Shown piece by piece: positions 1 to 12,210 of a stretch of 64,000 bases of DNA. The translations under genes and the position numbers were made by a program. Origin of the DNA: the human T2T-CHM13v2.0 reference genome, Homo sapiens; NCBI RefSeq assembly GCF_009914755.1, contig NC_060931.1, one strand, 5' to 3'. Each line of letters opens with the position of its first letter. The stretch's first letter is position 1. The notes beneath the pieces were generated by a model. It had not been told where the DNA came from. It worked only from the letters and a program-made list of their open reading frames with translations, and did no database searches.

Positions 1-1394
1 TTCCTACTGTTTCTATGAGAGGTATCACTCTAATACCAAAATCAGATGAAGGCGTTACGAGAAAAGAAAACTGCAGATCAATATCTCATTAACATAGATG
101 AAAATATCATCAACAAAATATTATCAAGCCACATCAAAAATGTATAAAATAAGTTATAAACTACAGACTGGTAAGATTTGTTTCAGGTATTTAAAGCTGT
201 TTCAACATTAGACAATCAATTAATGTAATCTAACATATCAACAGGCCATGGAGAAGAAAATCTATGATATCATCAGTTATGATGGAAAAGCATTTGACAA
301 AATACAACATCTATTCATGACAAAAACTCTCACCAAACCAGGAATGGAGAATTTCTTTAGCTTGGTACAGAACATCCACAAAAAATAAATAAGTAAATAA
401 ATAAATAAATAAATAAATCACCTAACATCTCATGTTTTGATGAGAGATTGGATGCCTTCCCTCTGAGATTATCAACCAGGAAAATATGTCCTTTTTTCAC
501 CACTCTATTTAACATCATACTGGAAGTTCTATCTAGTGAAAAGATGAGAAAAAGAATTAAAAGCCATATAGATTGGAAAGGAAGAAATAAAACTGTAATA
601 ATTAACATATGACTTTTTTTAAAATGTAGAAACACCAAAAAAACTACAAAAAAAAAACAAAAACAAAATAAATAACCAAGTATAGCAAGGTTGCAGGATT
701 AATGGTCAACATGCAAAACTCAATTGCTCTGCTTTATACTAACAATAAAAAATTGGAATTTGAAATTAAAAAAATACCATCTACAATAGCACAAAGTGAA
801 ATACTTACATATAAGTATAACAAAATATGTACAGAGTCTGTATGCAGAAAATTACAAAGCAATGAGGAAGGAAATCAAAGATCTAAGTAAATGGTAACAT
901 ATTCTGTGTTCATAGATTAAAGGACTCAATATTAAGTTGCCATTCTTTCCCAACTTGGTCTATAAATCCAAAGCAATTCTAATTCAAATCCCAGCAAGCT
1001 ATTTTGTAGATATTAAGAAAATGTTTCTAAAATTTATTTGGAAAGGCAAAAGACGTATAATAGCCAACAAAATAATGAAGAAGGACAAAGTTGAAAGGAC
1101 TCATGGTAGTCAATCTCAAGACTTACTACAAAGCTGTAGTAGTCAGGACAGTGTAATATTGGCAAAAGAGAACACATCACATATAGGTCAATGTAACAGA
1201 ATAGAAAAACCCACATAAATGAGGTCAACTGATTCTGACAAGGCAAAAAGGCAATTCAATGAAGGAACCATCTTTCCAACAAATGGTACAGGAACAATCA
1301 GACAGCCACATGCAGAATGAAAGACAGAAAGAGAGAAAGAGAGCGACAGAGAGAGAGAGAGAGAGAAACATAAGCAAAGACCTTACAATTTACA

Positions 1395-1446
<52 letters not shown>

Positions 1447-3320
1447 GCAAAGACCTTACAATTTACACAAAAAGTTAATCTAAAATGTAATGAAATAAAA
1501 AACTATAAAATTTATTGAAAAACAGGAGGAAATCTATGTGAACTCTTGTTTGGTGATGAATTTTTAGATACAATTCCCAAAGTACAATCCATGAAAAAAA
1601 TTAGACTTTATTACAATTTAAAACTCCTTATCTATGAAAGACACTGCTGAGGATATAAAAATGCAAGCTACATGAGACTAGGATAAAATGTTTGCAAAAC
1701 ATATATTTGATAAAGGATGTGTAACCAAAATAACAGAGTTTATCTCTTAAAACACAACAATAAGAGAGCATGCAAACCAATAAAAAACAGGCAAAACACC
1801 TAAACAGATACATCACCAAAAAACTTACAAACAGTAAAGACGTTCAACATCATTTGTCATTAGGGAAATGCAAATTAAAACAACAATGAGGTACCACTAT
1901 GCAACTATTAGAATGGCTAAAATTCAAAAAACTGACAGTAACAATTGTCAGCAAAATGTGGAACAGCAGTAACACTCATTCATTGCTGGAGTAATAAAAA
2001 ATAATACGGCCACTTTGGAAGACAGTTTGGCAGGTTCTTTAACACTAAATGGTCTTACTATATAATTTGGCAATTGGAGTTCTAGGCATTTACCCAATTG
2101 ACTCGAAAACTTATGTTAACACAAAAATTTGCATACGATTGTTTATGGCAGCCCTATCACAATTGCCAAAACCTGAAGCACCCAAGATGCCCTTCCATAG
2201 CTGAATAGATAAACAAACTATGGTGCACACATATAATAGAATATTATTTGGTGGTAATGGAAAATGAGTTATGAAGACACATGAAAGACATGCATGAATT
2301 GTCAACCCATTTTTCTAAGTGAAAGTTGGTCAGAAAGCTATGTACTCTACATGATTCTGTTTCAATAACATTCTGGAAAAGACAAAACAGATGAGGGGTT
2401 CAGGAAGAGGGAGGGAAATGATCAAATAGGTGAAACGCAGGAAGAGTTTTAGGGCAGCAAAACTATTTTGTATGACATTGTAATGGTGGTACATGATATG
2501 ACGCATTTGTCAAAACCCAAAGAATTTACAGCAGAGAAATGAATCTTAATCCATGCCAATTAAACAAATAATTAAGTAGGTCAGAGGATCATAGGACTAT
2601 ATGCAGAATGTGACAAAAGTATTTAACTGTTATTACAAATGTATGCAACATCTTCACTGAAGAGATGGCGTGGGGTCGGGGAGCAATGAGCTAGGTAACT
2701 TGGGAAATAAGGGCAGTCTGAAAGATTAAATGCAAGGGAACTCTGTGTCAGCTCTGTACTCTAGTTGATAATATTGTTATTCATTGGAATACAGGTTAAC
2801 AACTATGAAACCACTATACACATATACAGGAACCGAACAACTGAATAAATGAATGGTGGATGGTGAGAGCCAGGTTTTCACTGTTGGGATTGAAAGTAAC
2901 AGCAGAGATAAGCAAGAGAAAGCATTAATAATCCATGTAGTAATGGATTCGAGTTGGAGACATCAGTAAAAACTCAAGTTTCATTTAATATAAATATACA
3001 TGGTTACACATAGAAGTATTTTTAGATGTGTGTATGCATGTGGATTAGAACATACAGATTGGTTTTTGCTCTGTTATGTAACAGGCTTAGAGGAAATGAC
3101 ACCCCAGTAGTAATGAGCATACCAAGTGCCCAGGTTTTGACTTCTAACACCATCCTCCAATAAAAGGAACCAGGACCCTTTGGAGAAATGGCTGATTGGG
3201 GCAGGAATTATATAAGACGAGCTTGGAGCATCTTGATTTTCCAGAATTTAAGAAAGAGGTCAAAAAAGTCCCCCCCCAGCCAATGCTGGGATTATATCAA
3301 AGTGACACAAAAGCCAAATG
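1..3320 (+). mobile_element. Old LINE-1 (L1MC/L1MD-like): decayed ORF2 RT/C-terminal region plus long 3' UTR
   Basis: gaaaagaaaactgcagatcaatatctc...aacatagatg resembles L1 ORF2 KENYRPISLMNID; later L1 motifs include gaaaagcatttgacaaaatacaac and gaaatgcaaattaaaacaacaatgag; many stops and frameshifts. Confidence 0.85.
1320..1467 (+). repeat. (GA)n and (GAAA)n microsatellites with a 22-bp direct repeat
   Basis: agcaaagaccttacaatttaca at 1373-1394 and 1446-1467 flanks the (GAAA)n run. Confidence 0.95.
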
Positions 3321-3708
3321 GTCAGAGCTAAACTGGTCACCTTCTCCTCTGTGCTCCCAGGGACAAGGTCTCCAGCCAAATAACTCTCCTCATCAAACAG
3401 ACCAGGTGAATTTCTTGCTTCTCCCTGAGCTGGGGGTTTCACTTCCCTACCAGCTCACAAAGTTATTCAAACAAACTATTCCCATGGGAAGTAGAAGGCA
3501 TTCCACCCTCTCTATCCTACAAAGCCTTTCTCCCACAGTCCCTGGTTGTTCACTCTGTTCTCAAGTTCAATTCCCAGGTGGTCTTGCATGGTGTGCAGTG
3601 TCCTTTGGGCTCATCTGACCAGTGTTGGGTCTTGTGTGTTTGGCCATCCCATAATCCTAGAGCAGGAATCCCTCCTTTACCAAAGGGTTGAATAGGTGGT
3701 AATTCACA
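3321..3708 (+). mobile_element. ERVL-type LTR fragment (MER54/MER74-like)
   Basis: 3' end tcatctgaccagtgttgggtcttgtgtgtttggccatcccataatcctag...ggaatccctcc resembles these LTRs; it interrupts the L1 3' UTR, which resumes near 3770. Confidence 0.5.
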
Positions 3709-3959
3709 TAGAACACACTAACGGAAAATGTTAAAAATTAAATACATAAGTCATGGCATCCCATGAACACTCTGTAATATCTTTGCAATCTTTCTGTAAA
3801 TCTAAGACAATTTCAAATTTTTAAAATGTTATTTGAAAAATCATAACACTTCAATAACCCTTTTCTCAGTATTTTGTATCCAGATTCTCTAAATTGCCTT
3901 GGGTCACTCAGCTCATAAATGAAGGTATCTGGATTTGTACCCAAGCAATTCATACCCAT

Positions 3960-4220
3960 GAGAGGAAATTTAGCTTAGTGATCAAAAGGACAAACTTTGG
4001 AGCTGGACTACCTAGGTGTAAATTCTGACTCTTCTAGTTATGAGCTGTATCATCCCAGGCAGGTTAGGAAATCTCTCTGTTCTTTGTTTTTTTTTTCTCA
4101 TCTGTAAAATGAGATAATGATTATATCTTCCTCACAGGATTAAATGAGTTGAGTCAGGTAAAGTGTTTGTACATTATTTTGCACAGAATAAATTTTAAAA
4201 ATCAGCTATAATTATTATTA
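3960..4220 (+). mobile_element. MIR SINE
   Basis: Core ctcatctgtaaaatgagataatga...ggattaaatgag. Confidence 0.85.
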
Positions 4221-4699
4221 CACAAACAAAGTAGAGTTAACAAGGCAAACTGCAACACAAATTTATACATCCAAGTGAATTGTCCTGTGATCCAAATGAT
4301 TGTATGAAATTAAAACTAAGTGACTTTTTGTGGTACAGAGCACGTACTTGGCCATCAGTATCACCAGTATCAAGGCTTGTCAGTGTCAGGAGAGCTGCCT
4401 GTTATGTAGAGTCAAATGAAGTGAGAAGGGAGTTGAACTCAGAACGAAGGTATATTTCAACGCTAATGACATCTCTCCATTTTAGATGCTGTAAATACCT
4501 AGTGTTTAATTCCATCTTATATTTAAACATCTCAAAGTTAGCCATTATTATTGTTGTTACTGTTGTTTTACAGTTAGTTCCTATTTTAGATTTAATAATT
4601 TCTTAGTCCATTATCATTTCTTGTATCCTCACATATCTTGCAAACCACACCTTGGTTCTGGGTTCAATTTCCTTCTTGGTTCAGTTTCGTTTTTTGTTT

Positions 4700-5600
4700 T
4701 TTGTTTTTTTAAATATTGGAGTATATTGTTTACTAGTTATTTCAGAGAAGGTGTATCTGTTAAATATAAATTCAGTTAGTCTTTTAGTCTAAAGAGTATT
4801 TTGGCCTAATTCATGAATCACAGGTTAATTGTGTATAGAATTCTCAGCAGGAAATTATTTTCTTTCAGGGCTTTTTAGATTTTATTTCATAATCTTCTTG
4901 TCTTTGTTGTTGTTGAAAGTTTTGCTTAGTCTAATTATTGTTCTTTTGGGAAGGGATTTTTAAACTCTTATTGCCTTTAAGAATTTTTTGCTTGGCTCTT
5001 CTGACTTTCTTCTATTATGTATACTAGTACAAATGTATATGTATTTATCTCACCCAGGCCTTGTTGGACTTAAATAAATATAAGAATTATATTTATTATT
5101 ATTATTACTAGACACTGTCTCATTAAATGCTGTCTGCCTGCCAGTTTTTACCTAGTGTCTCCTTCTAGAATTCCTAGTAGATTATAACTGAATTTCAATT
5201 CCTCTCCTCTCCTTGTCGTAACTTCCCTTTCATAGTTTTCGTCTCTTTATCTCTCTATGCCACATTCTGAATGATTTCAGCAGACAAAACCTCCATGTTA
5301 TTATCTCTTTCTTCTGATGGATATTTAAAGCCATTCACTGAAATTTTCATTTTAATGATTATAATTTTCTGATTTCAATCTATGTCTTTTAATGTCACAA
5401 TATTCTATTTTTTCATTATAATTTTCATTTCACATTTCCTTTCCTTAATTAATTTAAGCATAATCATTTTATATCTTTCAGATTATTCTATTAATCTTAA
5501 ATTCTTAGATATATTAATCTTGCCATTTGTTGCATCCGACTTTTTCAGAGGTAGATTGTACCCTTGTATAGTTTATAATTTTTAGCTTTAAAGAAAATTT
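4700..5600 (-). mobile_element. Ancient L1/HAL1-like ORF1 fragment
   Basis: T-rich tract with gtatagaattct...ttattttctttcag...gtctaattattgttcttttg, typical of reversed L1M ORF1. Confidence 0.55.
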
Positions 5601-6834
5601 TTCTTTTTCCCATGTGGGAGCCCATGGCACCCTGGATCATAGAGGTGAATTACAAATTGTGTATTTGTTTCTACAGATAGCTCTGTCTAGAACCAATCTG
5701 AGCTTGGGATTTCTGCATTACGTAGACAGTGTAAATTCATACTTTGCAATTTCATGTAGCACAAACTGAAGCATATATTTCTCATGGAAGAAATTTTTCC
5801 TGCCTAGAGCCTCAGACCAAGACGATATTCCTTGACAATTCCCTGGCTCAGCAGGCAGTGTAGTCTAAATCTCTTTCACAAGTGTAGGTAATATTTTTAG
5901 CATCCCAACTTCATTTAGTGTCTTACTTTACCTTCCCACCTCAGGCAGGTCCAAAACCTGGTATTCTTTCCCTGTGAAGAATTAGGATCTCATCTTCTGG
6001 CGACGGGGCTTTAATTCAGATCCCATATCCTCCCAAGCTGCTATATAAGCTTAGGTGCTTTTCATGTTGTCATCCAGTTCCTACTTATTTCTGGAAGCTA
6101 GAGGTTTTAAAACATTCTTTTGAGTTCTAAATATTACTGTTAAAAATTATATTTTAACTAGCAATTAAAAAATTGTCATTAAAAGGATTTCTACTTTGGC
6201 TTTGGCCACCATGAAACCAGAACCACAAATTCTTCATCTATCTAAGCTTCAGTTTATTCATGATAAAGTTTGGACCCATACTTTAGGTTTATAGTGGTAA
6301 TTAAATGGGATATGTCTGTAAAGTTTTTGGCTAATTATACTTGGCTTTTTGTAAGCACTCATTTGATGTTAGTGATTATTATCATCAATATTCAAAACCA
6401 ATTTTTTTTTAGTTTTTCATTTAGCAGTTAATTTTTTTTAACAACTGACAGGTCACAGTGAACCTTGATAAGAGAAATAAATACTTAAACCCTCCTTTTG
6501 ACATGTAAGAAAGTCTCTTTGCCCTCCTGACTTAGCCTCCAGAAGTCATTCTGGCCTAGATCATCCAAGAAACACAAAATCCCCTCTAACCATAATACAC
6601 TTTTTTATTATATACATTTATGAAAGCCAGGAAGGAACACCTAATGGAAAATGCCTATTTAGAAGGGAAGGGAAGGTACTACTACACCAACTTATTTGGG
6701 TCCTCTGACTTGCTTTTTCTTCTACTTTGTCTAAGAGTAACTAAAAAGCCAAAGAGGATGAAAATGGAAAGGAGAGGCTGGTGCTAGCAGTTAATTTGTT
6801 CTGTGAAAAAAAATTGTTTTAATATGATTATAGG

Positions 6835-7140
6835 ACAGGGTTTCCCTGTCCAAAAATATGTGGCTAATGAGCACTTGAAGTGTGGTTAGTCTGACTTGAG
6901 CTATGCTGTCAGTCTAAAATAAATATTGGATTTCAAAGACTTACTACAAAAATAATGTAAAATATCACAATAATTTTTAGAAATTTGATTACATGTTAAA
7001 ATGATAATCTTTGGGATATATTAAGTAAAATATGTTTTAAAAATTAATGTCATTGGTTTCTTTCTGGCTTTTAAAATGTGGTTAGTAAAACCAATGAAAA
7101 GTACATATGTGGCTTGCATTGTATTTTAATGAACAGTACT
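6835..7140. mobile_element. MER33-like hAT-Charlie DNA transposon
   Basis: atgtggctaatgagcacttgaa...ttggatttcaaagactta...tgattacatgttaaaatgataat...catatgtggcttgcatt. Confidence 0.8.
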
Positions 7141-7599
7141 TTAGATTTAGGGAATAAGTTCAGTACAAAAGGAAAAGTGTCAGGAATGAAACATGGAAGT
7201 TCTGGACAAGAGGTAAATACATGTGCTTTTATATAGACTATAATTTTCTAAGTATTATAAAACTACTGTTCTAAATAAGACTCATGTCATATTTTTTTTA
7301 AGAGTGGGGCTCTTTACTTCCTCCATGTAAATCCTTTCGGATAAAGGAGATTTTCTTGGATTAGAGTAGAATGTTCTCTTTGGGGATATTACAATAGTAC
7401 TTTTTCTCTCTACAATCTTAGGACAGTGTCAAAGGATAGGTTGGGAGTACAGAGTGACTAAAACACTTATGCCAATAATCTCTATCAGCCACTAACAAGA
7501 CCATCCTAAATAGTCTTGCATTCTATATAAAAAAGCCTTCAGTATATAGCATAGCTTTAATACTTGCCCTCTAATAGTTGATTCTCAGTTCCCATCATT

Positions 7600-8872
7600 T
7601 TTTGACCAATCAGCAATATTTGTCACTGATTATTATTTCTTCATTTTGAAACATTTTATTTAATTATTTTATTCTCTGTTTTCCTTGCTGGTTCCCTTTG
7701 CAACTCTCCATCTAAAATTGAAGTACCTAGGGCTCATTCCTAAGATCAATTTTCTTGCTCATCTGAACTCCAGGTAATCTTATCTATTTCCCTGGTTTTA
7801 CATATTACTCAATGGTGATGTCTCCAAGATTCCTATCTCCAGCCTGTACTCTAAACTGAACTCCAGATTTATAGCCTAATGCCTATGTGTTATCTCCATT
7901 TAAATGTCCTAGAGGCAACTCAAATTTAATATTTCCCTCCTCAAACCTGTTTCTCTTGTAGACTTTGCAACTCATTAGAAATGGACTGCATTAGTCCAGA
8001 GACTCAGACAAACTGATGTCATGTTAACTCGTTACTTTTTCTTCCACTCAACATCCAGCCCATCAGGATGTCTTTCACAATTTATCCAAAATCTGACCAC
8101 CTCCACTGTTGCCCCTTGGTGTAAGCCGCCATCCTCTCTGCTTACAACAGCTTCCTAATCTAACTGGTCTCCCTGCTTCCATTCCGACTCCTGTTCAGCA
8201 TTCTCCATACACAGCCAGAGTTATCCCATTAAAACATATGTCAGATAACATCCCTTCTGTGTTCAAAACCATCCATCTCACTCAACATAAAGTCAAAGCC
8301 TTTATCACCACAGCCTATGTGTCCCTACATTGCCTCCCTCCCTCACCCTTCCTTTAACATTATCTTCTACCACTCCCCTTCCTTCCCATTAATTTTATTC
8401 CAGCAAATCTGGCCTCCTGTCTATTGTTTACACCCACTACGCCAAGTATGGTCCTGCTGGAGGGGTTCTGTCCACTCTGTTTAGAAGGTCCTGCCTTCAG
8501 ATATAATCACAGCTTTTGTTGTCTTCCTTTCTTCAAGTATCTGCTCGTATGTGATACCTTCCCTGACAGTCCTATTTAAAATTGGACACACATGCACACA
8601 CGCCCTTCATCCACACCCACACTACCCCACCCACACACACTCAGCACTATCACCCCTGAATTTGCTTTATTTTTCTTTGTAGCACTGATTTTCATTGCCA
8701 AATTATCTATTTTTCTGTTTATTGTCTATCTTGTCCCACCAAAACATAAGTTTCACGAGGATAGAAATTTCATATGCTTTGTTAATTGCTTTACCTCCAG
8801 TACCTAGAATAATGTTTGGCACATAGTGAGCACTCAATATACAATTTCTAAGTGAATAAATCAATCAATGAA
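7600..8872 (+). mobile_element. L2 LINE 3' portion
   Basis: tctccagcc...gaactccaga; ends tggcacatagtgagcactcaata...gtgaataaatcaatcaatgaa (L2 tail). Confidence 0.85.
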
Positions 8873-8913
8873 CCTCCAAATGGATTTTTCTTAAACTCTT
8901 TCTTTCTTCTTTC

Positions 8914-9084
8914 CTTTTTTTTTTTTTTTATTTAAATGAGTTTGGGTCTTGTTCTGTTGTCCAGACAGGAATGCAGTGGTGTGATCATAGCTAACTGTAG
9001 CCTCAACCACCTGGCCTCAAGTGATCCTCCTGCATTGGCCTCTCAAAGTGCTGGGATTACAGGCATGAGCCACCATGCCCAGAC
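8914..9084 (-). mobile_element. Alu monomer (left-arm 5' end joined to right-arm 3' end)
   Basis: poly-T, then tgcagtggtgtgatcatagct...caaagtgctgggattacaggcatgagccacc. Confidence 0.9.
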
Positions 9085-9607
9085 ATATATTCTTTAGAGA
9101 CATAAAAGTCAATACTTTTGTAAATGAGTTGTAAGGTAGCAATCACCTCAATCATTATTCAAAATTACTTTTGAAATCACACTATACTCATGGTTTTATT
9201 TTTACTTCAGTATATTTCTGTCCATTTATTAATTTGTTCATCAACTAGAAGTATCAAATGCTTTGAATTTAGTAGAATCAATTATACAGTTCAATAGAAT
9301 TCTCTCTTTGAGAAAACTATTTTTAATCTACATATCATCTTAAAAGAAAATATTTATAATACCCAGTTCCAGTGTTTGAGTTGCTTTATTCATGTCCTAT
9401 GAACAATAAAAGAGAGTTAAATCAAGTAATAAAGTACCAACCAACTGTGGGAGATGTGGGCTTTCACCATTTGGGGAAGATTATCGCCATAACTCAGGCA
9501 GTAAAATAGTCCTTTTTCACTTGGTAAGCATTATTTCTTTAATAGTTTCTTTACCATGGTTCACTAGTAAGTCACTTAATTTTGTTTAAACTAAGTCTAA
9601 ACTTTTA

Positions 9608-9624
9608 AAGCGCCATCTACCGTA
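9608..9624 (-). promoter_or_regulatory. Candidate CTCF motif
   Basis: gcgccatctaccg resembles the CTCF core GCGCCAYCTAGTGG; CpGs retained in CpG-poor DNA. Confidence 0.35.
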
Positions 9625-10490
9625 CACTGGAGTGGCTTTGTCTGCAGCATTAGAGGAGACCTTCTATAATTCCATACTTTATCCTTGTGACCCAAATAAA
9701 ATATTCATCTTTTAAGTCATGGCAGAATAATTAGGAGAGGATATGACAGCTTTCTGGATATGTATTTGCCTTTAATTTAATTCTGATTTGTAGAACACTT
9801 AATCATTATAGATAGGAAGGTCATCTTTGTTAATTCAGTGAAAATATTCCTATAGAAGATTCCAGGTAATGCTTTCCATGCAACCCAATCAATCTTTAAG
9901 GATGACAGTAACACATTCTCCACACTGTATTTTGTCACATACTATCAGTTACTGCGCTGTGTTTATAAATTCTGTGATGCACATCAGAGGGCATTTACAA
10001 AGACTAATGAAGAGTTTGGCAATTTCAGAAACCAAAGCTGAAGTAACACTACTTAGCACTTAGCTGACATTTTTCATTTTCAAATTACTTTTGCATGAAT
10101 ACTAATTAATCTTAACATTTCCATGAAGAATGTAAATAAAATTATGATCCTTATTCTGAATACGGGAAAAATGATGTAGAAAGGCTAAATTGTTTTTGTA
10201 TTCCTTTAATTCTACCTATATATCATGTATTTAAGAATCTATTTTTCCTTAAATAATACACAAATGATCAAACAAACAAAAACAACACAAAACCTTCTAA
10301 ACTCAGATTTCATCTGTTTGAAATACCATCCCTAGGAGATTAGTCTGTTCCTTCTCAATAAAACCTATTATCCTATTTGCTCTATCTCTTGTCCATTCAA
10401 ACCGGTCTTTTTTTTTCCAATCTAGTAGCTTAGAGCTTCAGAAAACTATGATTGTACAATGGCCTTGTTGTAGAGATGAGCAAAGTAGAG

Positions 10491-10604
10491 GTGCAGTGGT
10501 GTGATCATAGCTCACTGCAGCCTCAACCTCCTGGCTTCAAGTGATCCTCCTGCCTTGGGCTCACAGAGTGCTGGGATTACAGGCATGAGCTACCATGCCC
10601 GGCC
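10491..10604 (-). mobile_element. Tail-less Alu monomer fragment inside a MIR-like remnant
   Basis: gtgcagtggtgtgatcatagctcactgcagcc...gctgggattacaggcatgagc. Confidence 0.85.
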
Positions 10605-11889
10605 ATATAGAGAACCCTAGAGTTGAAGTGATTTAGCCAAAGTTCCAGAATCAGCATTTGACCTCAGATATATACATATATCTACCCTTTGTGTCTTCTA
10701 CAGCAAAACTAGTTATCACAATAGGAAGATGATTTTACTGTTTTTATTTCCCTCCATTTTCTCTCTTGCTCCCCATCAGTTAATCCTCTCTTATACCATT
10801 TTCTGCTTCCATGGTACAAAGACAATCAAGAACATACTCACCTGTGAGTAGCTAGGAACCAGGGAAAGAGAGACGATGGACAGCAGGGTCAGCCCTTCCA
10901 GGATGGGGATTGCAAACAAACATGTTCAGAGCAAGAATAAGCAGCAGCCCCCAAATTAAGAGAACTTGCTATGAAACCCAAAGAAAATTCTCAGAGTGGA
11001 AACTTGGAGGGCATTAATTTTCATACAGAAGGTCAATACAACTGGTGTGGTGGATGAATAATGTGGTATTTCTTCTAAACAAGGCAAGGAGGTGAAGTTT
11101 TATTTTATAAATTTACACTGCTTCATGACTTTAGGCAATGGAAAGTGAGACTCATATTAAAGAGTTGGAAAAAAGTGCAGATATAGGTGTGCAAATGAAT
11201 ACAACGTTAATTGCAAAAATCTTTCAGGAAAGAGCATCTGCTTATAATGACTATTATGTTAATTTAACGACATTAATGCAGCCAAAATATGACAACTTAA
11301 TGCTGATTATTTTCCGTACATGTTGATAACTAATGCTTTCTAGTCCTTGTATGGAGCCTAATTGAAAAATAATTATCTTACTTTGAAGGTTTATCATCAA
11401 TACAGGATAAAAAACACTGTGGTACTTTTGTTTAATCCATAATGCACCAACATTTCAAGTCACGGATTTATCTAAGTGATGAAAGCGATCAAGTTCAAGG
11501 TGCAAAAGAGACAATAAAAAATTCACAGACAACTATGGAATATTTATTTCATCTTCTGTTTTCCCATTAATCTTGTTTGAAAATCTTCTCTACTATAGAA
11601 AAATGAATAGCAATAAGAATTTTATTAAAAACAGTTTCATTTATTATTTTTAATAAAAGAAATAACCAGCATGTCAAGTTGATGTGTTTTGTTTGCACTG
11701 ATTAAAAATGCAGTTAACATATTCTCTATATTAAATATTTTACGTTTTTATACACACACACACACAGGCACACACACACAGTAAAGGAAAAAAGATTTAT
11801 AATTATATATCTTACTATTTTCAAGAACTGAGCAAGAGGTTAACACATTTTGTCTCAGGATTTGCTTTTATATGAAGGACGCTTTGGTT

Positions 11890-12210
11890 CGTATTAGTTA
11901 AAATAATGCTGTTCTATGCAGTGATATAACAAATGAGCGTCCAAATATTAATATAATGCTAACATTGCAAAGCTATAATCTGGCTTGTAAATTCAACGTG
12001 GGCCAGGACAGCCTCCATATTTTGTTGGGTACTGGACATGTGACTGTTAAGTTTCCTATAGAAGGGGACGAGAGATGAAGGAAGTTCACCAACTCCCTAA
12101 CAGCCTTATTTACATCCATGTCCAGAACTAGTCACATGGCCCCAGCCCAACTACAAACAAAGCCACAAATTAGAGAGGAACACATGATATATGTTGAGGT
12201 CTACATTGAG
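11890..12210 (-). mobile_element. MLT1 (J/K/L-like) MaLR LTR
   Basis: ccagaactagtcacatggcccc motif. Confidence 0.6.
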
